Source: Escherichia phage SP15. From it: a stretch of 64,000 nt of DNA. Shown piece by piece: positions 44,490-54,143 of the stretch (position 1 is the stretch's first letter; each line of letters opens with the position of its first letter). The stretch lies in sequence record AP019559; one strand, written 5' to 3'. Below the pieces are notes generated by a model that saw nothing but the letters and a program-made list of their open reading frames with translations, was not told the DNA's origin and searched no databases. Position numbers and translations under genes: made by a program.

Positions 44490-45467
44490 ATGAGAATATT
44501 ATTTAGTGCTGATCATCATATCAAACTAGGACAAGATAAAGTTCCAAAGGAATGGCAGAAGCGTCGCTTCCTGATGCTAGGAGAACGGTTAAATGATATA
44601 TTCCATAATCATAACTGTGATCTTCATATTGCTGGTGGTGATATACTTGATGTTGCCGACCCGTCGTCAGAAGAAATAGAACTGCTTGAACAGTTCATGT
44701 CAAGACTTGACCATCCAGGCAAAATCTTTACTGGAAATCATGAAATGTTAACGAAAACCATTTCATGCCTATATCATTATGCAGGAGTTATTAATAAAGT
44801 AACGAGTGGGAAGTGGGAGGTAGTTACCAAACCATATCGTTCCCCTGAATTTGATATTGTTCCGTATGATGAAATCCATAAGTCTAAGTGGAAACCATCT
44901 GAATCAAAACTATGTTTCACGCATGTTCGTGGTGAAATCCCTCCACATGTAAAACCAGAAATTGATCTAACTAAGTACAACTGTTATGATACTGTAATTG
45001 CTGGCGATTTACACTCTTATACTAATAGCCAGACTATCGGATCTACCAGACTCCTCTACCCAGGGTCTCCATTAACTACATCGTTCCATAGAGAACGCAC
45101 AAAAGGTACAAATGGTTGCTTTATCGTTGATACCGACACATTAAAAGTAGAATGGATTGAACTAGGTGATTTACCACAACTGATTCGTAAAACAATCGGA
45201 GCGGGTGAAGAGATGGAACCTAGTGATTATGATCGTGTAGTCTATGAAGTTACTGGTGACGTTGTTCAATTAAAGTCTATCAAAGACTCTGATTTATTAG
45301 ATAAGAAGATTAACCATCGAGTTACTAAAGACGCTAAGTTAAATCTTGTTGATCTTGATATGTTAGGTGAACTTGAACTTTACTTCCGTGAAGTTGAGAA
45401 GCTATCTCAAGGTGACATTGATAGAATCTTGGCTAGAGCTGCGAAATATGTCAAAGATTACAATTAA
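44490..45467 (+). CDS. SbcD/Mre11-like nuclease (T5 D12-like)
   Basis: Calcineurin-like phosphoesterase motifs DHH, GD..D, GNHE. Confidence 0.75.
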   Translation: MRILFSADHHIKLGQDKVPKEWQKRRFLMLGERLNDIFHNHNCDLHIAGGDILDVADPSSEEIELLEQFMSRLDHPGKIFTGNHEMLTKTISCLYHYAGVINKVTSGKWEVVTKPYRSPEFDIVPYDEIHKSKWKPSESKLCFTHVRGEIPPHVKPEIDLTKYNCYDTVIAGDLHSYTNSQTIGSTRLLYPGSPLTTSFHRERTKGTNGCFIVDTDTLKVEWIELGDLPQLIRKTIGAGEEMEPSDYDRVVYEVTGDVVQLKSIKDSDLLDKKINHRVTKDAKLNLVDLDMLGELELYFREVEKLSQGDIDRILARAAKYVKDYN

Positions 45468-47286
45468 GACACTAAAATTTAGTAACGTTATGTCTTACGG
45501 TAAGGACATCGTAATTCATTTCGACAAGAATCCAGTTACTCAACTAATTGGTGGCAATGGGCTAGGGAAATCCACCATCGCTACGGTTATCGAGGAATTG
45601 TTTTATAACAAGAACTCACGGGGTATTAAGAAAGATGCTCTGTTCTCTTGGTCTTCTCCGAAAAAAGAGTATGATATGCACGCTTATTTCTCGAAAGATG
45701 AAGATGAGTATGAATTGCATAAAGTAGTTAAGTCAACTGCTAAAGTAACTCTTATTAAGAATGGGGAAGATATTAGTGGACACACGGCAACCCAAACATA
45801 CAAGATGATTGAGGAGATTATGGGCGGTGACTTCCAAACATTCACCAAACTAATTTATCAATCAGTGGGTTCCAATCTAGACTTTCTAAAAGCAACAGAT
45901 GCAACACGTAAGGCTTTTCTTGTCAACTTGTTCAATCAAGAACAGTATAAAGAAATGTCAGAAACTATTAAGGCTGATCGTAAAGAAATAGCAAATACCT
46001 TAAATAATTTGCAGGGCCAAATGGCTGTAATTACGAAAATCCTTAATGGAAAGAATAATCTGGGAACTTTGCAGGAACCTGTAGAAGTACCAGAGTTTGA
46101 TGAAGAGCCATTAGCACAAGAACTTACTGAATCGAAAATTAAGGCGGCATTAGCCAAGTCTCAAGAGGCTAATATTACTAAATTGCGTAATTTGGACAAA
46201 GCTGTACAAGTTGCCGAACAATCTTTCGAGCCTTTCAAAAATTTACCCGCGCCCACTGACCAAAATGAAGAGATCTCGAGTGTTACGCGTGACCTAACGA
46301 TTGTGACCTCACGTGCGAGCGAAGTTAAGAAACGTTATCAGAAGTTCAAGCAAGAGGCTTCAAATACTGAATGTCCTACCTGTGGTACTCATCTGGATAC
46401 AACTGCTGCGCAAAAAGCAATGGATATGGCTAGAACAGAATATGATCCTCTGTTCAAAGAGAAGCAATCTCTTGAAGCTAAGCTAGAACAGTTGAAGAAA
46501 GAACAACTTGAGTACGTTGCATATACTAGAGCAAGGGATGCTTTGGATAAGGCAGTAGCATCTAGAGACGAATTCAAAAATTCAATGAGTGATACTTCTT
46601 TTGAAGAACTCAATGTGCAAAACCTACAGGTGCAAATCCGACAACTAGAACAGGAAATCGCTGATGGCCGTTCTAAGGTTGCAATTGCCAAAGAGCATAA
46701 TGCAAATGTTGAATTAGCCAATGCAAAATATAAAGCGAAACTAGAACAGATTGAGAAAGCTGAGGCAGAAATGTCTGAGATTACTTCCAAACTGGATGGA
46801 GTATCAGAAGCTGTTGCTGATCTCGATATTCTGATTGCTGCATTGAAGAATCTAGTAGGATATAAACTAGAGCATAGTGTGAAAGTATTTGAAGAGCTTA
46901 TCAATAAATACCTTTCTATTATGACTGGCGGTAAATTCGCACTTGGATTTGAACTTGATGAAACAAAATTACAAGTAGTAATCTTCAATGATGGAAATCG
47001 TACCAGTATGGAGAACTGCTCTACTGGTCAACAGAGTCGAATTAACCTAGCAACCCTGTTAGCTATTCGGATGCTGTTAACATCTATTAGTAAAGTTAAT
47101 ATTAATCTTCTATTCCTTGATGAAGTAATTAGCTTTATTGATACAAAAGGACTTGATACTCTTGTTGAATTATTAAATGAGGAAGAAAGTCTAAATTCTA
47201 TCATTGTTTCTCATGGGCATACGCATCCATTAGCCCATAAGATTACTGTCAAAAAAGATGCAGAAGGATTTTCCTACTTAGAATAA
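45448..47286 (+). CDS. SbcC/Rad50-like ATPase (T5 D13-like)
   Basis: Walker A GGNGLGKST, coiled-coil, Walker B LLFLDEV; start at ATG 45448 overlapping the SbcD-like stop by 20 nt. Confidence 0.75.
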   Translation: MSKITIKTLKFSNVMSYGKDIVIHFDKNPVTQLIGGNGLGKSTIATVIEELFYNKNSRGIKKDALFSWSSPKKEYDMHAYFSKDEDEYELHKVVKSTAKVTLIKNGEDISGHTATQTYKMIEEIMGGDFQTFTKLIYQSVGSNLDFLKATDATRKAFLVNLFNQEQYKEMSETIKADRKEIANTLNNLQGQMAVITKILNGKNNLGTLQEPVEVPEFDEEPLAQELTESKIKAALAKSQEANITKLRNLDKAVQVAEQSFEPFKNLPAPTDQNEEISSVTRDLTIVTSRASEVKKRYQKFKQEASNTECPTCGTHLDTTAAQKAMDMARTEYDPLFKEKQSLEAKLEQLKKEQLEYVAYTRARDALDKAVASRDEFKNSMSDTSFEELNVQNLQVQIRQLEQEIADGRSKVAIAKEHNANVELANAKYKAKLEQIEKAEAEMSEITSKLDGVSEAVADLDILIAALKNLVGYKLEHSVKVFEELINKYLSIMTGGKFALGFELDETKLQVVIFNDGNRTSMENCSTGQQSRINLATLLAIRMLLTSISKVNINLLFLDEVISFIDTKGLDTLVELLNEEESLNSIIVSHGHTHPLAHKITVKKDAEGFSYLE

Positions 47287-47289
47287 AAC

Positions 47290-47772
47290 ATGGCTGTAGA
47301 TAGTAGAGAGAAAGGTAAACGTGGTGAATATCAGGTAAGAGATATTCTACGTGAGCGTACAGGTCTTGAGTGGGAACGTGTTCCTGGCTCTGGTGCTTTT
47401 GGCCAGAGCCACGGATTGAAGGGTGACATCTACCTTCCACCACAAAGCGGACACATTAGTAAATACTGCTTCGAAGTTAAGTGGTATAAAGATGATAATA
47501 TATCAAGTAATTTATTTAATGTTGGTGAATCCACTCTAGAGAAGTGGTGGCAGCAGTGCTCACGTGAAGGCGAGCAGATGAACTCCAAACCTGCATTAAT
47601 ATTCAAAAAAGACAGAGGACAGTGGTTAATAGCTTTGGATAGCTCAGACCCGATGGTTGACAACTTAATGAGTCGTACCCATATGGTGTTAAATAAGAAA
47701 GACATGGAAATCGTAATTGGTTTATTTGAACCGTGGCTACATCATGCATCTGTTGAGGACTTAATTAAATAA
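47290..47772 (+). CDS. putative PD-(D/E)xK nuclease / Holliday-junction resolvase-like protein
   Basis: 160 aa with GKRGE...D...E.K-like pattern. Confidence 0.4.
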   Translation: MAVDSREKGKRGEYQVRDILRERTGLEWERVPGSGAFGQSHGLKGDIYLPPQSGHISKYCFEVKWYKDDNISSNLFNVGESTLEKWWQQCSREGEQMNSKPALIFKKDRGQWLIALDSSDPMVDNLMSRTHMVLNKKDMEIVIGLFEPWLHHASVEDLIK

Positions 47773-48647
47773 TGAGTAAATCCTGGGGAAAATTTATTGA
47801 AGAAGAGGAAGCTGAAATGGCTTCCCGTCGTAACCTAATGATTGTTGATGGAACTAACTTAGGCTTTCGCTTCAAGCATAACAATAGTAAAAAACCCTTT
47901 GCCTCAAGTTATGTTTCTACAATTCAATCTCTAGCAAAATCTTATTCTGCTAGAACTACAATAGTTTTAGGGGATAAAGGAAAGTCTGCATTCCGCTTAG
48001 AGCATCTTCCCGAGTATAAAGGGAATCGAGATGAGAAATACTCTCAGCGCACGGAAGAGGAGAAGGCGTTAGATGAGCAGTTCTTCGAGTATTTGAAAGA
48101 TGCTTTCGAACTATGTGAAACTACATTCCCAACCTTCACTATTCGTGGCGTAGAAGCAGATGATATGGCAGCTTATATTGTTAAGCTGATTGGGCATCTA
48201 TATGATCATGTTTGGCTAATTTCTACCGATGGTGACTGGGATACTTTATTAACTGATAAAGTTTCTCGCTTCTCTTTCACAACACGTCGTGAATATCATC
48301 TTCGTGATATGTACGAGCATCATAATGTTGACGATGTAGAGCAGTTTATCTCTCTGAAAGCAATTATGGGTGATTTAGGAGATAATATCCGTGGTGTTGA
48401 GGGCATTGGGGCAAAACGCGGGTATAACATTATTCGTGAATTTGGTAACGTTCTGGATATTATTGATCAGCTTCCACTGCCTGGAAAACAGAAATATATA
48501 CAGAATTTAAATGCTTCGGAAGAGTTGCTTTACCGAAACCTAATTCTGGTTGATTTACCTACCTACTGTGTGGATGCTATTGCTGCTGTAGGTCAAGATG
48601 TATTAGATAAGTTTACAAAAGATATTTTGGAGATTGCAAAACAATGA
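47772..48647 (+). CDS. 5'-3' exonuclease / flap endonuclease (T5 D15 exonuclease)
   Basis: 291 aa; sequence matches T5 exonuclease as I recall it (MSKSWGKFIEEEEAEMASRRNL...), FEN motifs. Confidence 0.9.
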   Translation: MSKSWGKFIEEEEAEMASRRNLMIVDGTNLGFRFKHNNSKKPFASSYVSTIQSLAKSYSARTTIVLGDKGKSAFRLEHLPEYKGNRDEKYSQRTEEEKALDEQFFEYLKDAFELCETTFPTFTIRGVEADDMAAYIVKLIGHLYDHVWLISTDGDWDTLLTDKVSRFSFTTRREYHLRDMYEHHNVDDVEQFISLKAIMGDLGDNIRGVEGIGAKRGYNIIREFGNVLDIIDQLPLPGKQKYIQNLNASEELLYRNLILVDLPTYCVDAIAAVGQDVLDKFTKDILEIAKQ

Positions 48648-49090
48648 TTAAAATTAAACTAACTCATCCAGATTGTATGCCTAAGATTGGTTCCGAAGAT
48701 GCCGCAGGTATGGATCTGCGAGCATTCTTTGGTACTAACCCTGCCGCAGATTTACGCGCTATTGCACCAGGCAAATCCTTAATGATTGACACCGGTGTCG
48801 CGGTAGAAATTCCGCGAGGTTGGTTCGGTTTGGTAGTTCCTCGCAGTTCTTTAGGTAAACGCCATTTGATGATTGCAAATACCGCAGGAGTGATTGACTC
48901 AGACTATCGTGGAACTATTAAGATGAACTTGTTCAATTACGGTTCTGAAATTCAAACTCTGGAGAATTTTGAAAGACTTTGTCAGTTAGTAGTAGTACCG
49001 CACTATTCAACTCATAATTTTGAAATCGTTGACGAACTAGGGGAGACTGATCGTGGGGAAGGCGGATTTGGAAGCTCAGGAAGTAAATAA
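48644..49090 (+). CDS. dut: dUTPase
   Basis: Motifs AGMDLRA, PRSSL, GVIDSDYRG, RGEGGFGSSG. Confidence 0.9.
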   Translation: MIKIKLTHPDCMPKIGSEDAAGMDLRAFFGTNPAADLRAIAPGKSLMIDTGVAVEIPRGWFGLVVPRSSLGKRHLMIANTAGVIDSDYRGTIKMNLFNYGSEIQTLENFERLCQLVVVPHYSTHNFEIVDELGETDRGEGGFGSSGSK

Positions 49091-49109
49091 TCTACGTATC
49101 AAATAAATA

Positions 49110-49146
49110 ATAAACCCCAGTGGATTTTGTCCACTGGGGTTTTCTT
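49110..49146. terminator. bidirectional terminator between convergent early (dut) and late (tail fibre) units
   Basis: 10-bp stem CCCCAGTGGA/TCCACTGGGG flanked by A-run and T-run. Confidence 0.7.
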
Positions 49147-49149
49147 ACA

Positions 49150-50898
49150 TTACTGCACTAGGTTTGCTCTTAATTGCTTGAGTTCTTCCTCTAAGTCTTC
49201 AACCCTTTTAATAAGATCCTGCACAACATGCATAGTATCAAGAAGCATTGGAGTTGTATCTAATTCCTTTTGCTCCTGTTCTACTCCGTCATCATTATAG
49301 AATCTTCTAGTCTTTACATAGAGTGGCTCTATAGTCTCTACTTGCTGTGCAATAACCCCACGTCGGATACGAGATTTTTCATCGTTATTATATATAAAGG
49401 ACTGGAATTCTAATCCTTTTAATACCTCGATGGACTTAGTTGCATCTATAGCTTTAATATCATGCTTTAAACGAGAATCAGATATAGCATTTAACTGCAG
49501 AGTATACGTTGCTGCGCCATTGGGCCACCAAGAATAGAAATAAATACTATTATTGTTCGGTTGAATTTTTAAACGTACACCATATCTGTTATCCGCGTCT
49601 CCCGATACGTGCCAGCAAGAATCAGCAAAGGAACCTAAGTCATTATGAATTAATCCAAAATGTGCAGATGTTTTATACCCCGCATTAGAATACTGGGAAC
49701 CACTCAAAATACTGTTAAAAGCGTAATTTGTTCCAATAGCCTGTTCTTCTGTACTAAATGTACCTTTAACAAGACCTGTTTCACTCCAAGCCATCATAGT
49801 CCCATAGCGGGCGCTATATCTATCAGAGTTTAATGTACCTGTGTCATCAAAGGCAAGGTCTTTTGTCACCCCTTTTGTCTTGTTGTATACAGACAGAATC
49901 GCATAATAAAGGCCATCCATGTACGCATCGCAACGAAGGCCAGCATCAGCTTCAACAACGGTGCCGATTTTGTATTGCGCCTTTACCTGCCCAGAGTATG
50001 CTCTTACTCCAGAACCTGGGCGAACAGCATCACCATTGATCACACTCCAAGAGGTATTCGCAGCAACAAATCCACCAGATGCACGAATCACCCAGACGCC
50101 GACAAAGTTTCGTGTAAGGATTTCGTCATTTGATGCCCCGTAGATCGGGCTTGAGCGTGACGCATCAATCTCAAGGGTGTTGTAGCGCCCAGATATTGAA
50201 ATTGCACCCGTCATTGGGATTGCATCACCTGCCGCAGCAGGGTATAGATCATTACTTGTTCTAAATGCACCTTGATTGATATCGCTGAATACCTGAGCAT
50301 ATGACGAGCCAGAATAACTAGCAATACGCCCATAGATATTAGGCGCAGCGGATTCAAAAACACGCCCGTTAGCGTCGGACATACCACCATCTCCACGGCC
50401 ATAAAGAGCACGTATTGATCCCTCCTGCACCCCATTCTTATCTGGAACACGAAAAGTTGTTGCTCCGTCACCATTAGAGTATTTGCCACGCTGGAATTTA
50501 TCAGCTAACCATACCGAATCCTCTATAACACCAACCATTTGAGCGTACGCCCAAAGCTCCGGCCAGTCGGCTCTATTAAGAAGTTGTCCATCAGAAACCA
50601 CTTCGTACGGTTGGATATACGCACGACTATCTCGAAGGTGGAAATCACCAACCCCGTAATTCATAACGCCGTTCATAGTAGGACCGACTGTGCCAGTATT
50701 AATCTTATTCTCCACCCAACGTTTAGTTGCAGCGTCATAGTCTCTCACAGGATCCCCCGCAAGAGGGGTAGACCCAATAGGACGTACATTTAGCCATGCT
50801 GCTGCACGGTCCGCAAGATCGGATAAGTTATTACTTTTATCCATCTTTTCATCTTTAAGTTTTGTAATGTCCCGAGGGATATTAGTATAAGTAGTCAT
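49150..50898 (-). CDS. tail fibre protein with C-terminal intramolecular chaperone domain (LtfB-like receptor-binding fibre)
   Basis: C-terminal S74-type chaperone signature (SDSRLKHDI...GLEF...GVIAQQVE) and coiled-coil end; GAGGTG RBS. Confidence 0.65.
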   Translation of the reverse strand: MTTYTNIPRDITKLKDEKMDKSNNLSDLADRAAAWLNVRPIGSTPLAGDPVRDYDAATKRWVENKINTGTVGPTMNGVMNYGVGDFHLRDSRAYIQPYEVVSDGQLLNRADWPELWAYAQMVGVIEDSVWLADKFQRGKYSNGDGATTFRVPDKNGVQEGSIRALYGRGDGGMSDANGRVFESAAPNIYGRIASYSGSSYAQVFSDINQGAFRTSNDLYPAAAGDAIPMTGAISISGRYNTLEIDASRSSPIYGASNDEILTRNFVGVWVIRASGGFVAANTSWSVINGDAVRPGSGVRAYSGQVKAQYKIGTVVEADAGLRCDAYMDGLYYAILSVYNKTKGVTKDLAFDDTGTLNSDRYSARYGTMMAWSETGLVKGTFSTEEQAIGTNYAFNSILSGSQYSNAGYKTSAHFGLIHNDLGSFADSCWHVSGDADNRYGVRLKIQPNNNSIYFYSWWPNGAATYTLQLNAISDSRLKHDIKAIDATKSIEVLKGLEFQSFIYNNDEKSRIRRGVIAQQVETIEPLYVKTRRFYNDDGVEQEQKELDTTPMLLDTMHVVQDLIKRVEDLEEELKQLRANLVQ

Positions 50899-50908
50899 TA
50901 ATCACCTC

Positions 50909-51175
50909 TTATGCCCAGTTACGTACACGGGGATTCTTAATAATAAATTGTTCAAGATTTGATAAGTCCACATCGTCCCCTATTATTCTTATGTTTATAT
51001 AATACCCCTCTTTGCCAATGACAACTGGAGTCTTACTTTTAGGGTCATCTACTAGGAGGACAAAACCAATTTCATCTACAAACACTTTACCATAGTTTGT
51101 CTTAAGCCACTCACTATCAATGACAACATCCCGATAATGTTTTTCGTCTTTAAATTGCAAATTAATATCTTTCAT
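50909..51175 (-). CDS. hypothetical protein inside tail-fibre locus
   Basis: 88 aa, GAGGGAGAAAG RBS, start overlaps ltfA stop (TAAAATG). Confidence 0.5.
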   Translation of the reverse strand: MKDINLQFKDEKHYRDVVIDSEWLKTNYGKVFVDEIGFVLLVDDPKSKTPVVIGKEGYYINIRIIGDDVDLSNLEQFIIKNPRVRNWA

Positions 51176-52639
51176 TTTAAACTTTCTCCCTCATTTGATT
51201 ATCCGTTAATACTCGATTCCATATTCTAAGGTTACGAATATGACCGTACAATTTTGACGGATCAGTTGGTCTTCCACCTATTTCCACTAGCGAGTCCGAG
51301 TCCGTTCCTTTCCATGTAAAACCGTGTGAGGTCCCACCTTTATTCCCATTAACAAACGATGTGACATCCCCATTACCACTAAAAATAAAACCAAATATAT
51401 GTGGAGAAAATTTATTTTCAAACGAATAACCTCTAGACAACGTAGCTGATTCATCCTCATTTAGTACATACGTGTAAGGTGTCACGGAGATTATGTCAAA
51501 TTCCGCAATAAATGCTTTTCCTCCTACATTGTATTGATTATTATCAATTATCATTGGGTATATATTATTTAATTGAAAGCTATCCCAGTTAACGCTCACT
51601 TCAGCAAGGAATGAAATATTCGTCCCCGAGAAATTATTTCTTGCAGGTATAGTAACATAATCCAGAGTCCTTGTTGCAGGCGTGCTTCCCGTAATAATGA
51701 AGGAGGATGCACAAAAGCCCTTTTCAAATTGCGGAGTACAAAATGATATTGTATCCCCAACTTGCACAGGTTGATCATTATTTCGACAATAATTTACAGA
51801 TCCAATAGAACTACCTCCACGTTCTACAAATTTACACATAGCTTCAACTTTCAACCATCCGTTGTCTTCTCTATATATTCTATGTGTTATAGTCCCTCTC
51901 CCTTCTACTACAGAAGAAACTTCGCCGGTTTCGCAATTTATGAAAGATCTAGCGCCGAGAATAAGACCTCCATCCTCACCTACTAAATAAAATTGTGGGG
52001 TGATATAGATATCCAAGTTTGCCTTTACTCGTATAGATAAAGAAACGTATTCATTTTGCTGACAGTTGATTGCATTTACTGTTTCACAATAAAATAATGA
52101 AGGATACTCACCTTGTGAATTTTCGTTTGCTGTTGCGGTTGCATATGCAAAACCATACTTATCAATATTATAAGTAACATCACTACGGTATTTATCTGTA
52201 TTTAATGAAGCGGGGTCATTACTGAAAGTAATGTGATTTGTCCGCTGGCCTTCAATTAAGAGTCCTTGCTTTTCAAATCTAGGTTCATCGATATTAGCAA
52301 TACAAAATTCACCATGCTTATTTATATATGTTGCGTTTGATGCACGCGAGAAACTAACAACCTTATCAGAAGGCATTGTAATAACATCTTCACCAACTGT
52401 TATTTTCTTATAGCCTGGTGAATAACCTGCAAGCATATCAAGCGAGTCATTAAATGGAATCCATACGTCAGGGAATGGTTGAAGATCCGGAGCCCTGTTA
52501 GCTGCAACTTCCGCACGGTCTGCTTCTGTTTTTGCACGGTCTGCTTCTGCTTTAGAGCTGTTTGCACTACCAGCAGCATTGCTAGCTTGTTGCCCGGCCT
52601 CAATAGCACTATTACCAGCTTGTGTAGCAGAAGCAGCAG

Positions 52640-52870
52640 CTTGGTTTTTTAAAGCTGTTGTATCAGATACCGCGCTATCCTTAATACCTTGTGTATCCGT
52701 TTTTAATTGCTCAACATCTGCTTTTAAAGTTGTTATCTCGGATACCGAGCTATTTTTAATGGCCTGGGTATCAGATTTTAACTGTTCTACATCTGCTTTT
52801 AAAGCTGTTGTCTCTGTTACAGCACTATTTTTAATGGACTGGGTATCAGATTTTAACTGTTCGACATCTG
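52640..52870. repeat. three in-frame 66-bp tandem repeats encoding 22-aa fibre shaft repeats
   Basis: Protein repeats KADVEQLKSDTQ.IKNS.VS..T.L x3 in ltfA. Confidence 0.7.
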
Positions 52871-53023
52871 ATTTAAGTCCTTGAATAGCAGCTACAGATT
52901 GGCTGGCAGAAGTTGCAGATCCCGCAGCATTAGTTTCACTAGCCTTAGCTTTTGTTTCCGAGGTTTTTGCATTGGTTTCAGAGATTTTTGCCGCAGATGC
53001 CGATGCAGCAGCTTGCCCAGAAA

Positions 53024-53211
53024 ATATTTCCGCCTCATTCCTAAAACCGCTAGAATCAGCCGCTGATTGAGCTGCATTAGTCTCACTTGCCTTTGCGTTA
53101 CCCTCGCTAAGTTTTGCATATTTCCGCCTCATTCCTAAAACCGCTAGAATCAGCCGCTGATTGAGCTGCATTAGTCTCACTTGCCTTTGCGTTACCCTCG
53201 CTAAGTTTTGC
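53024..53211. repeat. perfect 94-bp direct tandem duplication (2 copies) inside ltfA
   Basis: Units 53024-53117 and 53118-53211 are identical; unit length is not a multiple of 3. Confidence 0.9.
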
Positions 53212-53717
53212 ATCAGCCGCTGATTGAGCTGCATTAGTCTCACTTGCCTTTGCGTTACCCTCGCTAAGTTTTGCAGCAGTAGCTGATGCGTCAGCGTTAG
53301 TTTCACTAGTCTTTGCATTAGTTTCACTAGCCTTTGCGTTAGTTTCACTAGTTTTTGCGTTAGTCTCAGATATTTTTGCAGCCGCCGCTGATTCTGCAGA
53401 TCTATCCGCGGATGCAGCAGATTGAGTAGCAGATGTAGCGGATTGAGTAGCAGAAGTTTCAGAAGCTCCAGCAGAAATAGCAGCTTCCTGTTCAGAGTTC
53501 TTAGCGTTAAGTTCCGAAGTCTTAGCAGCTATCTCAGAATCTTTTGCAGCTGCAGCAGACTTAGCTGCTGCCTCAATAGAAGATACTAACTCACTTGCAG
53601 TAATAGAACTAATAGAGTTACCAAGAGTTACTGTATATCTAGGAAATTTACTCGCAGTAGCCTTAGTATCATCAATATTTAATATCTGTTGTACAATAAT
53701 TTTAGTAGTTACTGCCA

Positions 53718-54140
53718 TTATTTAGTTACCCCATCACTGATAAATACTTTACCCTCCATTATACGAAAGGAGCTAATTGCAGATCCTATAACATCTCTAG
53801 TCATAATTATATCATAGTATCCTGCGAATCGCTGACGAGGATTATACTTATCTCTATCTTTAGATGCTTTAGCTCCTATATTTTCCACGGATTCTACGGG
53901 TAAACTTATAGCTACAGCTCCTTGAGCAGCATCAATAATATTAGTAGTAAAGGATGCTAATATCTCCGCATTCTCATCTAGGCTACTTTTTATAGTGCCC
54001 CTTAAAGAATACCCAGTTAAGTTAACGGGGGTATTTGTAGGTGGATAAGCACTATCATCAACGTCTAAGAACTGCATCATTAGACCATATGGTACATTTT
54101 CGTCTATTACTAAATCTATAACTCTATTTTCAGTACTCAT
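53718..54140 (-). CDS. tail collar protein (T5 p132-like)
   Basis: 140 aa at the position of p132 between pb4 and ltf. Confidence 0.6.
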   Translation of the reverse strand: MSTENRVIDLVIDENVPYGLMMQFLDVDDSAYPPTNTPVNLTGYSLRGTIKSSLDENAEILASFTTNIIDAAQGAVAISLPVESVENIGAKASKDRDKYNPRQRFAGYYDIIMTRDVIGSAISSFRIMEGKVFISDGVTK

Positions 54141-54143
54141 TAT

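Larger units (their letters stand above)
51177..53718 (-). pseudogene. ltf: L-shaped tail fibre protein A-like gene disrupted by a 94-bp tandem duplication (frameshift)
   Basis: ORF 53107..53718 and ORF 51177..53348 encode contiguous fibre sequence in frames offset by 1; removing one 94-bp repeat unit restores a single ORF of about 815 aa. Confidence 0.6.

Noticed and set aside
53118-53348. N-terminus MKLTQRLVKLMQ... of ORF 51177..53348
   Set aside because: It is an out-of-frame translation of the fibre repeat region created by the 94-bp duplication, not a genuine start.
52980-53400. Possible CRISPR array suggested by short direct repeats
   Set aside because: The repeats are in-frame coding repeats of the tail fibre (21-bp and 63-bp units) with no spacer architecture and no cas genes.
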